Below are positions 11,073 to 23,083 of a stretch of DNA of 64,000 nucleotides, one piece after another. Position 1 is the first letter of the stretch; each line of letters begins with the position of its first letter. Source of the stretch: Ancylonema sp. (taxonomy: Eukaryota); assembly GCA_050230475.1 (NCBI GenBank), contig JBFLGF010000018.1, positions 62,001-126,000 of the forward strand. Direction: 5' to 3'. Below the pieces are notes generated by a model. That model had not been told where the DNA came from and made no database searches. It was given only the letters and a program-made list of their open reading frames with translations. A program made the translations under genes and the position numbers.

Positions 11073-13520
11073 TGACGTGCCAGATGAGATCGGTAGGGTA
11101 ATTGGGTCATCGATGATGGAATCAGTCGATGAAGGGGTAATCGCACTCAAAGTATCGACATAAAGGGGTCTTGTCGCTGTAGTGGAAGTGCAGATAGGAT
11201 GCTCGAATGTCGTAACAGAGAGTACGGTGCTCGCTTGAATCGCGGCAGTGATTGTAAGGAATCACACAAACGAGGCAATTTTCGAGCTTTATTCGCTCTA
11301 CTACTTACTGCTAGCAAGCTATCACACGCTGCTCGTACTTGACGGCTTAAAAGTAACGAGAGCAACACAAGATTACAACAACAAATGCGTCGATTCTTGA
11401 TCAGCAAGCAATCGATTGTGATACAGTTCTGCAAAGCTTGTCAATAGTAGCAAAAGAGATGTGCGAATGGATTGCACGGATGAGCAAACGCTCGGTAATT
11501 CGAACAGGTGATTTCTTACTGCGCAGCACGTCACAATCGATAACTTCGGTAACGAGGGTAATTCACAAATTGCAAAGCGACAGCTTGATGCAAAGTAATC
11601 ACAAATGAGCGAACGCTCGATATAGACGATATTGCGAAAGCAAAAGATGAGAGATTGCGCAAGGCAAAGAATTCAGAGTGTTAAGGAAAACAATGGTGTG
11701 TAAGGAAAACCTCTTCAACGTCAAGTTCAGCGAAAGCTGAGATTTGAAAGTTGTATAGGAGTCTTTATTGTCAAACTCGAATATTCTACTCGCGCGCTCG
11801 CTCGGATACGCGTGGCAAGGAATATCAAAATCAACTCGGCGCGCACGCTATAATTGGCTGCATACATTTCTAATTGATTCTGAGATGCTGATCTAAAGAG
11901 CTACGGTCACGATTGCTATTGATGACAAGTCTGACACGTAGTCTATCAATTCAAATACAAAGGGGAGCTAGTCAAAGGTTGACCGCTCGAAACTTAATAA
12001 AAGGGCGCCGGTCACCGACGAAGCTCGGAATGAAATGAGCGGGGGCGGAGTCGTGACAAGGCGGAAAAATATAGCGGTGCGGCCTATTTTAATATTCTGA
12101 ATTAAAACATAGGGTTTCTAGCTGACGATTCACACAGGCATGACAGCTGACGTGCCAGATGAGATCGGTAGGGTAAATGGGTCTCGATGATGGAATCAGT
12201 CGATGAAGGGGTAATCGCACTCAAAGTATCGACAGAAAGGGGTAATTGTGTTGGGGATTGGGATCTTTCAAGTCCATTGGGAGACTCTAGGGTAAGTCTG
12301 GTAAGGTCTTGTTGTTCAGGTTGTCCGGGATCGTTGCTGCTCTTGTGGATGAAGAAGCTGTAGAGTTGGAACGAGGTGAAGTTGCATTGGCGTCTTCATC
12401 CATGTAGTCCACATGTATTGGGAATGAGAAGTGGTAATCGTTCTCAAAAGTGGTGTCGGATGTATTAGACTCAGAGTCCGAAAGAGAACTGTTGGATGTG
12501 GATGGGATCGGTTCTGGCTGCGGAAGTGTTGGTGTTGTAGTGACGCTCCCCCCCAGATTCTGAGATTGTCGATGGAATGCACCAAGTAGACCGCCATACC
12601 AAGCACAAATTTTGATGTCCATCATTCTACAAAGGAGTTGCCAGTTGCGTTTGTTGAAGTAATTGGTATCCGGGTGTGCAGATATGGATAAATCATCCAA
12701 GTTGTAATGTAAAATTCTCGCACGCTCGCCAGGTGTTGGTGACACCCAGAGGTTGTTGGTGTTGTCTTTCATCATCCCTCCTCCGTACGTGTACTAACGT
12801 AGATGTGGTCGCCATGTTAAAACATAGTCGGGGTTGTCTTGGTAAGGGGTAATTGGTGGCATGAATTGTCTCTCGTTGTGGGACTGGTAATAGTTGCTCT
12901 CATACTGATATGTATTGGCCTTTTTGTCTTGTTCTTGATGTCTAGGGTTGAGTAATCGTTCGATGTTGGAGATCCATCTGTCGTTGGGAACAGCTGCTCG
13001 AAGTTGTCCGCTGGGGAATGTATTCTGCCAGATATGTGTTTGTCGATAAGAGTGGGAACCAAGTTGTAAAGCGTTGACTGTTATCATCTTTCCAAGGAAC
13101 TGTGATGCTACATGTACAAGTTCCTTAGACCACACGGGGTAATCAGCTGGTCTGGTATGACTGTAGAACATGTATGTCGGTATGAATGGCTACATCTTCT
13201 AAATGTTGTTGAACGAGCGCCAGTAGTGTAAACAAGGTTGTCACTCGAGGATCTTCGATTGTGGTAACGGGTGTCTCATTACGGATCACCTCGGTGTGCC
13301 AATTGTCGCAGATAAAGTCGATTGGTCTATGAGTTATTATCATATTGGAGAGATCGGTAATCGTTGTATTCACCAATGAGTTTGGTAATCTTGTATCGAA
13401 GCCATGTAACGCAGAGTTAGGTAATTGTCTTGGGAAGAGTGTTTGAATGTCTTTCACTTGGCGACGTTGTGACACACGTGCCTCCGGGTCTTCTTCTTGA
13501 GTGGTAAGGGTCCAGATCAT
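11073..13520 (-). mobile_element. 3' end of a split-direct-repeat element (internal-B1-A2-B2 on -), truncated by a Copia LTR fragment
   Basis: A ~97-bp near-identical direct repeat at 11073-11169 and 12148-12243. The unit 11073-12145 runs TGACGTGCC...GGCATGACA. Junction is CA-GC-TG. Confidence 0.65.
12287..13520 (-). pseudogene. Divergent C5 cytosine DNA methyltransferase-like ORF, frameshifted, catalytic motifs substituted
   Basis: Three consecutive ORFs give FPRQLPNSALHGFDTRLP...PIDFICDNW (motif IV position), VNALQLGSHSYRQTHIWQN (VII-VIII), PTPGERARILHY (IX) and LLCRMMD (X). This is the order I recall from retroelement-borne green-algal DNMTs. Recognised by eye. Confidence 0.65.
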
Positions 13521-13676
13521 CTAAACTTATCGACAAACTGCCAGATGGCGTGAACTAATCATCGTAATCATATCGATAGGCAAAACGACAAAATCGTCAA
13601 AACTAAAAACTTAACTTCCGAACAAAGCCTAAAATCGATATACCAGAAAAAGTTCACAGACCCTAAAAACTAACAC
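13521..13676 (-). mobile_element. Copia LTR fragment
   Basis: Reverse complement begins TGTTAGTTTTTAGGGTCTGTGAAC, like the LTRs at 45191 and 50389. Confidence 0.75.
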
Positions 13677-14779
13677 TATCACCTAAGCATCCTTGAACGC
13701 GGAAATTTGGTGAAGCATGACAACGCAAACGTTAGTTGTATCTCTCCGACATGACACACACGCAAGTGATTCGCACGGTCGATAAAATTATTGGTGGACA
13801 ACCAAAACATATTGCATACATATGTCGTTTGCACAACAATGAAGATGTCAAAAGGACATTTGATTGAGCTACAAGACTATGCGAAATCTGGTGACCTCCC
13901 CCCGAGGAAAGGAGCACCTTTGCACTACGATTGATGATTCCGCAACTGCAATCCTTGGCAGAGAAAATCACTCCAAACACCCCGCAAAAAAAACGAATTT
14001 GTTCAAACTTGGAAGATAATCAAGCAATCGATGACAAGAGCACTCTCCCTCAACGGGAGCACATCACATCAGTGACGTCTTGCCTCAATAAGTAGTGAGA
14101 TTGGGAATCGAACTTTTGCGACCACCATATTGTGCGATAAAAATAAATTTGAAAACAAGTCATCAAGTCATCAGTCATCTTATGAATTGATCCGAAAATT
14201 TCTTCAATTCATTTACGGTCCGAAATATAACATTCCACGTACACAAAGACCCATGTTATAGCCATATACACCGTAAATGTACCATAATGTACCGATGCAA
14301 TGCGCAATTCTGGCGTGTGTGATGTCGTTCATGTAAGAAATGCATGCACTCAAATACTTCTACTTCACAATCTGCCCTCTATTTCCAGGTGAAAAGAACG
14401 TGAACAAGATAACACAAAATACATACGTTGCCTCAGGTGTGTTTTCATGCATGAGCATGCACCTCTCGAGCACATTGTTGGTTTCTTAAAGCCTCTCCAC
14501 AGTTTGTTCAACGCACACTCAAGCTGGGGCTGCATCCAACTATGATGCAATCATTGATAGTTTTTTTTCGTACTCCGCCTGAAGATGGTCAATGTGCATC
14601 CTATGGAAGTCGTATATCGCAGCCTCCATCGGCTCATCGTCCTCTAGTAAGTATTTCAACCATTTGGCACACTCCATCTGCATATCTGCCACATTGCCCA
14701 TGCAGCATCCGTACTTGTCCATCTCCTCATTCCACCTAGCAAACACGTTTGCAAAGTGAAGAGTTTTGAACTGGCTACT

Positions 14780-14995
14780 CCATCCTTCTTGCCGGGGACG
14801 TGTTTTGGCCTTCATTGGCTGGGACGCGGAGTCGGCGATGTTACTTTGAAAAAAATAGAGTGTTCAAAGCAGGCCTACGCTTTGAATACATTAGCATGGA
14901 ATAACGTGATAGGACTCTGGTCCTATTGTGTTGGTCTTCGGGACCGGAGTAATTATTAATAGGGACAGTTGGGGGCATTCGTATTTCATTGTCAG

Positions 14996-15027
<32 letters not shown>

Positions 15028-15029
15028 TT

Positions 15030-15061
<32 letters not shown>

Positions 15062-15078
15062 GATCAAGAACGAAAGTT

Positions 15079-15132
<54 letters not shown>

Positions 15133-15169
15133 TAGGGATTGGCGGATGTTACATTGATGACTCCGCCAA

Positions 15170-15261
<92 letters not shown>

Positions 15262-15298
15262 TGTGGAGCCTGCGGCTTAATTTGACTCAACACGGGGC

Positions 15299-15334
<36 letters not shown>

Positions 15335-15405
15335 TTGAGAGCTCTTTCTTGATTCTATGGGTGGTGGTGCATGGCCGTTCTTAGTTGGTGGAGTGCTTTG
15401 TCTGG
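14780..15405 (+). rRNA. Dispersed 18S rRNA gene fragment (from V4 through the GGTGGTGCATGGCCG region); pseudogene
   Basis: Universal SSU motifs GTCAGAGGTGAAATTCTTGGA, AAACTTAAAGGAATTGACGGAAGGGCACC and GGTGGTGCATGGCCGTTCTTAGTTGGTGGAG. No flanking rDNA. Lesions at conserved sites. Confidence 0.95.
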
Positions 15406-15792
15406 AATACATAGCATCTGGAATTTCTGAAATACATAGCATCTGACGGGTGAGCGTCGTTCACGACCCAATCCCATCCCCCGATGCCGTCCGAATCCCC
15501 TGTTCTCAGTAGGTTCTGTACACATTCACGACCGAATCTACATGTTTTTTTCAAACCCGGAGTCATTAGTACGGACATGTACGGACATGTACGGAGTGGA
15601 CGGACGCAAACGTTTGCAAGCGCAAACGTTTGTATCCGTACAGTCCGTACCCGATTGCCGCATTTCACGGCCGTATTCCGGACGTTTGCGGACAAATCCG
15701 TAAGCCGTTTGCATTTACCAGGGCCGGTAGATTGCCCTCGACTTCGTCAGGAAAACGTGCCGTACAGAAAACGGGCCCCGGCCCGGTGCATC

Positions 15793-18450
15793 ACTAGAGT
15801 AGATTGGTGTAGGTTGAGTCCCTACTGACCACACAAGAATGTAATTCAAACAAGGTATGTGACTTCTCAACGAAGTTTGTTGTAGCTACTATTCGCCGAA
15901 AGCTGATATGCACTCAACGCTTAGTGGTGGGAGGTCTAGAAACAATACTAAGGTTAATTAGGAGTTACAGATTACAGCACTCCACAATAGGTGACAGCTA
16001 CTGGTAAAAAGAACTCGAGGCACATAGCTATATAATTTCTACCAGGGTTGCAGAATGATGGATAGTTGGTTGCGACGGGGTGCGCATTCACTATTGGTTA
16101 CGATAATCAAGCATTGTCGTGAATGAAACGATTATCTAGATCTGGAACGGTTGCAGGCAATTCAAAAGGTGAATTGTCTGGCTGAGCTCGCACGAAACGG
16201 TGCAGCGAATTGTAACGATTTCTGACGTTAGCAAAACGGCTAGCAATCAACGACTTGCAAGGGTCACGATTTTGCAAGGGTAACGATGCTGACTACGGCA
16301 GAATTTCACACGATGCGTATGCAAAACGGCACACGACTTTAGAATCACTTGAGATGCGACAGCACGCACAAGCAAACGAGCGATTTCGCAAAACTTACGG
16401 AAACGGAAATGGACCGACGCGAAGTTTGCAAAACTTCACAGAGAATATAAAAGGCGAAACGACACACTTGATAACAATAGTAGACGATTTTAGAATACAC
16501 GGATTCACAGAGATTGCAACAGACTGGCGATTGCAGAGAGTTGCTGAAATTCAGACAGCGTAAACTGACAGCGGACGTTGGCAGTTCAGAAAGCGACTTA
16601 GGCTTTAGTACAATCGACGCGCCGTTTCACGCGCGCGGTAATCTAGATCTTATATAGATCTAGGGCTGAAAACAAATATCGACTAGAAAATTTATCGTGA
16701 ACGTCTATTCCAGAGTTCTAGAGTTTTATATTTTCACTAGCCAGGCTGGCTGACTAAAATAATGCTCGGCGCGCAATGGGAATCTACTAACTCGTCGATA
16801 CGACAAAATACTCCGAATTAAAATCTAAAAAGTGGTACACCGACTTTTCTAGATTCATTGAGTATAATAAAATGAGTATAAAAAATTTAGCAAATCAAAC
16901 GTCTGACTGATTGAAACTCATATAACGACAGAGTTCAATATAACGACTAAAAATCGACAATTACCAAAATTGCTAGACAATAAAAAGACTTTACTTTATA
17001 ACGATATCTAGCGGCATGACAGCTGACGTGCCAGATGGAGTCGGCAGGCAGCTTGTCGACGAAATCTCCCAAAAACAAAGAAACCGACAGATTTTGGAAA
17101 AATCTGCAAAACTTGACTTTTTATATTTTTCTACGTCGATGAAAATGACGGATGTCGGTTGTTGACTTGGTTGCTTGTCTGGATGAGCAGCAGCAAGATT
17201 GGGCCTTGAGTCATCATTTGCATCTCACTTCCCCCCCCCAGCTACGAAAACTCTGCGTCGGAGGCTGGGACACACGGACAAATGATTTGGAAAAATGTAA
17301 TCATAATCAAGCGTGTGACTGATCAAAACTCATATAACGACAGAGTTCGATATAACGACTAAAATCGACAATTGCCAAAATTTATATTTTTCAAGCGGAT
17401 CGCCAATTAAAAATACTTCACTTTCTAACGATCTTTAGCGGCATGATACCTGACGTGCCAGATGGAGTCGGAAGACAACCTGTCTTCGAACTCTCACAAA
17501 AACAAAGAAATCGACAGATTTTTGAAAAATCTGCAAATTTGGACTTTTTATATTTTTCTTCGTCGATGAAAATGACGGATGATGATTGATGACTTGGCTA
17601 CTTGTCTGGATGCTATGACTCCTCGATCACTTGGAACCGAGTACGGCATCGACTAGTATGACGCTCTCTATCACTCCCGTCTCGAGGGTCCGAGAGGTGA
17701 AGGTAACTTGGAACAACCACGTGTTTTTGCATTTCAACTACAAATGCGTCAACCTCTTTTTGTTTGGTTGCTACCGCTTCGAACTCCGTGGGGGTAAGTT
17801 GAATGGAAATTGGGGGTTTCGTTGAAGGATTGGGCGACGCTGGTGTGGCATAAGTCGGGTTGATAACGAGTGGGGGAGTCTGGTAGACCGGCATTGGTTG
17901 AAGTGGGAACTGAATGGTGGGGCGGCGCGGGGACTAGTGCGAAGTCGAGTTGTCGATGATGCGACCGGTTGGAGTCTTGGCGTGGGTCCAAGTGTATCAC
18001 TTTTCACCTTTGCTTCATGCCAGGTGTTCAGTAGATTGATGAATTCTTCTTGTCCAGGACCTACTTCTCCACTGTAGATAGATTTTGTGGTCTCATATTT
18101 CTTCCGGAATATCGATGTATCGACTATATGTAACTTATCAGTGGACTTCACAAGAGTTACTGCTTACTGAAGACTGAGATGCACTTAACGAGACACGTTG
18201 GGAGGTCTGGTAAAACAATGTATGGTGAATGAAGCAGCGCAAATTTTTAATTAAAGACACGCGGCAATTAAGACAAAATACTGTAGGGCAAACAACCGAT
18301 GAATTTTGCACGTGGTTGCAGGAATTTGGATGATGCCTTAGGTTACGCTAATCGGGCTACTGAATTAAATGAAGTGAAGAGATGACCTGTGAAGCATTAA
18401 AATCAAACGACGCTGCAATTCAATGGAAAGAAGTTGCAAGCAAATACAGT
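15793..18450 (-). mobile_element. Head-to-tail cluster of TG...CA split-repeat units
   Basis: Direct repeat ~16905-17185 / ~17316-17613. Junctions GGCATGACA-GC-TGACGTGCC (17013-17032) and GGCATGATA-CC-TGACGTGCC (17440-17459). 18130-18450 resembles 15855-16170. Outer limits are approximate. Confidence 0.6.
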
Positions 18451-19169
18451 CTTGGGCACCCTAAATGATTTTTGTTTCTCAAAAAAAAAAAAAAACATAA
18501 TCATTTTTCAAAATGATCCCGAGATTCCGTTAGTTATTATCGATGATTAATGGTCATGATTCCATGAATCCGTCAATTATTATCAATGATTTTTGGGGAT
18601 GATTCCGGATTGTAGCAATAAAAAGCGTAAAAAAAATCCTTAATTAGGAATTAAAAATCAAATGATTTGCCTTTATCTGGGTCATTCTTACATATTTACC
18701 AAACATTTTGACGTCACAAGTGCTGTTGGAATAATAATTGTAAATGCATCAAATTGATAATTTTGCATGTCAGTTACTAGGGGTTAATAACTATGGGAAA
18801 TTAATAATAAATATATATCGACAAGAAGGGGTGCATCATCATGACATTGTACGATAGTGAGAATGTCCAAGTCATCATTTAGATATATCGACAAAGTTAG
18901 ATAAGGGATGGGCATGGGGCATAAATAAGGAAGGTGATTAGGAGGAATTCAAGATGACTAGGATAGCGGCGCCGCAACATTTTCCGGCACGCTAGAAGAT
19001 TCTAGCGATTTGTTGTACTCACAAGGGATATAGCCTACTCGGCTACAATCTCTAAAACCAATTACTCTAAACATCTTGATATCCTTGCAAACATTTGCAC
19101 TCGTGTTGAATGCTTTACGTAATGCCCTTATGCATCCCTTGCATCGATAGCCTCGATCATATCGTGGAA

Positions 19170-19308
19170 GTTCCTGCCCACAGAGAGGCAGAAGTGCGAT
19201 TAAGAGATTCGTGTCCACAAAGAGGCAAAAGTGCGAGGAGTGATTCCTGTCCACAGAGAGACAGAAGCGCGAGTCAGAAAGTAAGAGGGACTTTTTCTCC
19301 ACAAAAGA
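19170..19308. repeat. Degenerate ~36-bp tandem repeat (3-4 units) within a probable LTR relic
   Basis: TTCCTG(C/T)CCACAGAGAGGCAGAAGTGCGA-like units. Confidence 0.6.
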
Positions 19309-20273
19309 TAGTCGTCAACAAAAGCGAAGATCTGTCGATATTATCGATAAAGATTTGACAAAATGAATGACAACGAACAAGTGCACGTGGCAAGCAAATC
19401 GTGCTAGTCGTGACTCGTGCTAGTCGCGATATCTCGACGAGCCACTATTTTGTCGTTATGTACGGTCTTGATTTGTCGTGTAGCGCGTCTAATCGGTAAT
19501 ATTTTCCGTATCGTAGGAATTTAGAGCCCGGTACGTAGTTTTTGACGTCGTAAATGTCGCTCGTCCAGAAACGTGTTCTTTTGCACGTGCCTACGTTGTC
19601 GTGTACCCCGTTTCATCACATCTAGAGTCACATCTAGGTGACCTCGAAATTCCTGTAATGATTCCGAAAACGGGGTTTTATTATTAAATTATTACTTCCG
19701 GGTATCAATAGTTAATTAAAAATCATTTACGGTGTATTTACTTTGTTGTGATAATATCTTTAACAATTTCTTCATAATCATCATTGTCCACATGCTATCA
19801 AGAGAGGTGCAATGCTTTACAACGATTTGGATCTCGTTATACGAAAATCAAACATTGTTTAAGCGAACAGCGAAAGCGAAAGCAAACATATTTTTAGTTG
19901 AAAATTTTAACGAATCGGTGTAGTCATCCGTCCTAAGTACCCTGGCATTCACCATAGTTACCGAACAACTTAGCAATCAAACTCTAGAAAACAAATATAC
20001 CACATGCATTATTGTTTAACCACTTACTAATACGAACTACTTACCTCTTTGCCTCATGTACGCATACAGTAAACCCTTGATATAGTTAAAATTTTATAGA
20101 CAATGGAAAATAATGTCACTATATCGAATGCCAGGGGTGTCACTATACACTATATAGTGACATTTGATAGGGCGACATTGAGCCAATGTCACTATATCGA
20201 AGGAAAGTGAATTTTATGTTATTTTAAGCGACCAGATCGGGTGCGTAGAGGTTTTTATTGAAGAAGGTAGGTC

Positions 20274-20716
20274 TAGGGTTGGTGACACCGCATTTTCGGC
20301 CCGCGGTAGGGGGTTTCTACCTCGGTATTCTCCCCCTACCGCTTCCTACCGATTTTGGATTCAGTCCGGCTAGGCATCGGTCGGGGGTAGGGCGGTAGGA
20401 AAATCGGTAGGGACACGGTAGGGAGCGGTAGGAAACGATAGGGATTTTGTTTCCCAGCTTAAAGTCGAATTTATAATTTACGACCCAAAAAAGAAACTCT
20501 CGGAAATATTCGATTCCCTAGTGTTCCCAACCGTTCCCTACCGATCCCTACCGTTCCCTACCGATTAATTCCTACCGCCCTACCCCCTACTGAGCCAACC
20601 GCGGTTGGGCTTATTTCCCTACCCCCTACTGCATATTTGAGCATCGGTAGCTAACGCGGTAGCTACCGCGGTGAAGCGGTAGGGAGTAGGGCGGTAGGGC
20701 GGTGTCGCCAACCCTA
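20274..20716. mobile_element. hAT-type MITE
   Basis: TIR TAGGGTTGG(T/C)GACACCGC, CGGTAGG/CCTACCG subterminal repeats, degenerate 8-bp TSD GGTAGGTC/CGTAGGTA. Confidence 0.8.
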
Positions 20717-21005
20717 CGTAGGTAATCTATATGGCGTTTGTTGTTGTTGTCTAATATCCACTCGTTACAATAAAACCTTTTTGAAGTAATAATGTCGAGA
20801 CAGGTACAAAATATTATTTGAGACAGGAGGTTATTAATTTATCATTAGTTTATTTTCTATTAGATTTGGGAGATTATTAATTTTTACAACGTTTATTTAG
20901 ACAGGTTTCACTCTATAGTGACATTTCAATACTAAAATCTGGGGAAATTTGGTCACTATAACGTGTGTCACTATAGCAATTGTCACTACATCGAGTGGAT
21001 TCTTA

Positions 21006-21459
21006 GGCCGTTACTTAGTGTGTCTGAGCTCGCTCCTGAGCTCACTTGTGTCGTGCGCCAGGTGCCTAGCGCCGGAAAACTTGGGATTTCCGAGCTCAGA
21101 CGTTGTAGCTTAGTGTCGGCGGAAATGATTTCTGAGCTCGTTCGAGCTCAGAAATCATTTCCGCCCCTGAGCTCGAGCGTCGAGCTCAGGAATGCTGACG
21201 TGGTCCTGAGCTCGAACCCGCCAATCGCGCGAAGCCAATTTTCCGATACGCCAATCATCGATTTTCACTTGAACGGGGTGAAGGGCAACGATGCTGACAT
21301 GGCAAAAATTCAGGAACACTAAGCTAATACGATAATTTCGCCGGCCGCCGCGAGCTCAGGAGGTCGAGCTCATGAGGACTTTGCTAGCGAACCGTACCCG
21401 CGGTTATCGCCGGCGTAATTGAGCTCAGGAGCCGAGCTCAGGAACACTAAGTAACACCC
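21006..21459. mobile_element. PIF/Harbinger(Tourist)-like MITE rich in GAGCTC
   Basis: ~40-bp imperfect TIRs GG(CC/GT)GTTACTTAGTGT..TGAGCTC, with TTA/TTC flanks. Confidence 0.7.
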
Positions 21460-22487
21460 TTCAATAGGATTAGATAAAGGGGGGAAAAAAAGCCACTATA
21501 TCGTGATTGTCACTATATCGAGTGTCACTATATCAAGGGTTTACTGTACACTAAATTTTACATCCATTTTGCACCATATAATTAATACTTGGCATTGTAG
21601 CATTCTACCATCTTTGAAACTTAATCTTCATCCTAGCATCCTGTAAACATCCTCGATGAAACAATATTAAGAAAGAGGATACACCTTTCACAACTTCAAC
21701 ATCGAGACAATTCCAATACCGACTAATTTTCACAAAATATCCGTAAGCCCAACATCCTCTCCCCCCACTATATTTTCCAAAGAGAGGGTGTGTAGCTAGT
21801 CTAAAAGACCGCCATTAGATTTAAGAAATCAACAATTTTGATGAAATTAACGGTTGTTGTTATTACTTTGGAAACGTTTCCAGCACCAAGGCGTAACAAG
21901 TTGCTTGTGGTGTGTAGGCAATACATGCAGTGCTAACGGGGAGGGGGGGGGGGGGTAAAAAAAGAAAACCCTCAAAGCCCCCTCAAAAAATACCCGCAAA
22001 AAAATAAACCCTAAAGACAGCGCGGTCCGTCCCGGTCCGTCTTGGGCCGGGGCGGATCTCGGTTTCAAAAACCAATTTTGCGGTTTTGGTAAGCATGGTT
22101 GGGCCCGATCCGATCAACACATCTTTGATCCGGTGCCGATTTTGACCAACCCAACATGGACGACTTTGTTACCAAGCACCATGTACTAACGGAAGGAAAA
22201 GAAAGATACTTCACTTCGAGATGTGACCACATGTATACCAAGAGATTCGAGCTAGTCTCTTTAGCAAGACATCAAACTAGTAAACCACTCGACGGCGTCT
22301 ATGATTGTGACACAATATGTACATGTATTAAGGATTTATGTAACTTGCATATGATTTTTCGGGGTTGGACCCGATCCGGTCGGGAAATTTCGACTCCCTC
22401 TTTGGGTTGAAATATGATCCGGTATTAGGTGATGGTGGGGCAACAAAGCTATGGAGACGTGACACATGCTCAAAACAAAACCTTGGA

Positions 22488-22587
22488 CAATGGCATGATA
22501 CATGGCACCGATTTACAAAAACTCAAGTCATAGATGGCAATGGCATGATACATGGCACCGATTTACTAAAAATCAAGTCATAGATGG
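22488..22587. repeat. 50-bp tandem duplication
   Basis: CAATGGCATGATACATGGCACCGATTTAC...CAAGTCATAGATGG occurs twice. Confidence 0.9.
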
Positions 22588-23083
22588 CTTTCTATTATTG
22601 ATATGCAAACATGCTCTCTAGAAGACTCTTCACCCAAAGGCCACAAATAGTGTGACCAATGTGGCACAAGTTATCGGCCATGTCCGAATTACCACCTCCG
22701 CTCAAGGAGAGTTCTCCATATCTTTCCCTCACTTCAACATATTTCACTTAAAGGAGACGATTTCTTTGACATTATTATTCCCATGCCTGCCAACAAGAAA
22801 AGGAGGCACCGGGCTGTGTGTTTATCGCCTGGAACAAGGTGGGACGCTCTTGAGCTTCAACGAATCGTTATCACGTGCTCTAATTTGTGCTTTATTCTAG
22901 GGCTCCACATCCGTCCACGAGATGGACGCACAACTCTAAGACACACCAACTCATAATACACTCACCCTGAAAATATAGCAATGACGACGGCTTGTGCTTC
23001 GGGGCCACACACTTGCAAACAAACATGGGAGTTGGACACCATTGTGGTTTGCAAATGGTTCACCATCAAGGATGATGTCGTAC

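Larger units (their letters stand above)
20067..21546. mobile_element. pogo/Tc1-like MITE carrying two nested MITEs
   Basis: Perfect 20-bp TIR CAGTAAACCCTTGATATAGT with TA TSD. Internal GTCACTATA repeats. Confidence 0.85.

Noticed and set aside
13730..14780. Minus-strand gene relic
   Set aside because: Looks coding in places but has multiple stops and no recognisable family.
14780..15405. Functional rDNA unit
   Set aside because: Only about a third of 18S, with no ITS, 5.8S or 28S, and mutated conserved sites.
15772..15797. Helitron 3' end (CGGGCC-CC-GGCCCG hairpin then CTAG) that might have captured the 18S piece
   Set aside because: CTAG is followed by A rather than T, it overlaps the start of the next element's homology, and the related copy near 33000 has no CTAG.
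19170..19308. ~36-bp periodic repeats as a CRISPR array
   Set aside because: Degenerate tandem units with no unique spacers, no cas genes, and a eukaryotic context.
22780..22820. LINE RT remnant (CLPTRKGGTGL) downstream of NMT
   Set aside because: A single short motif with no supporting RT sequence.
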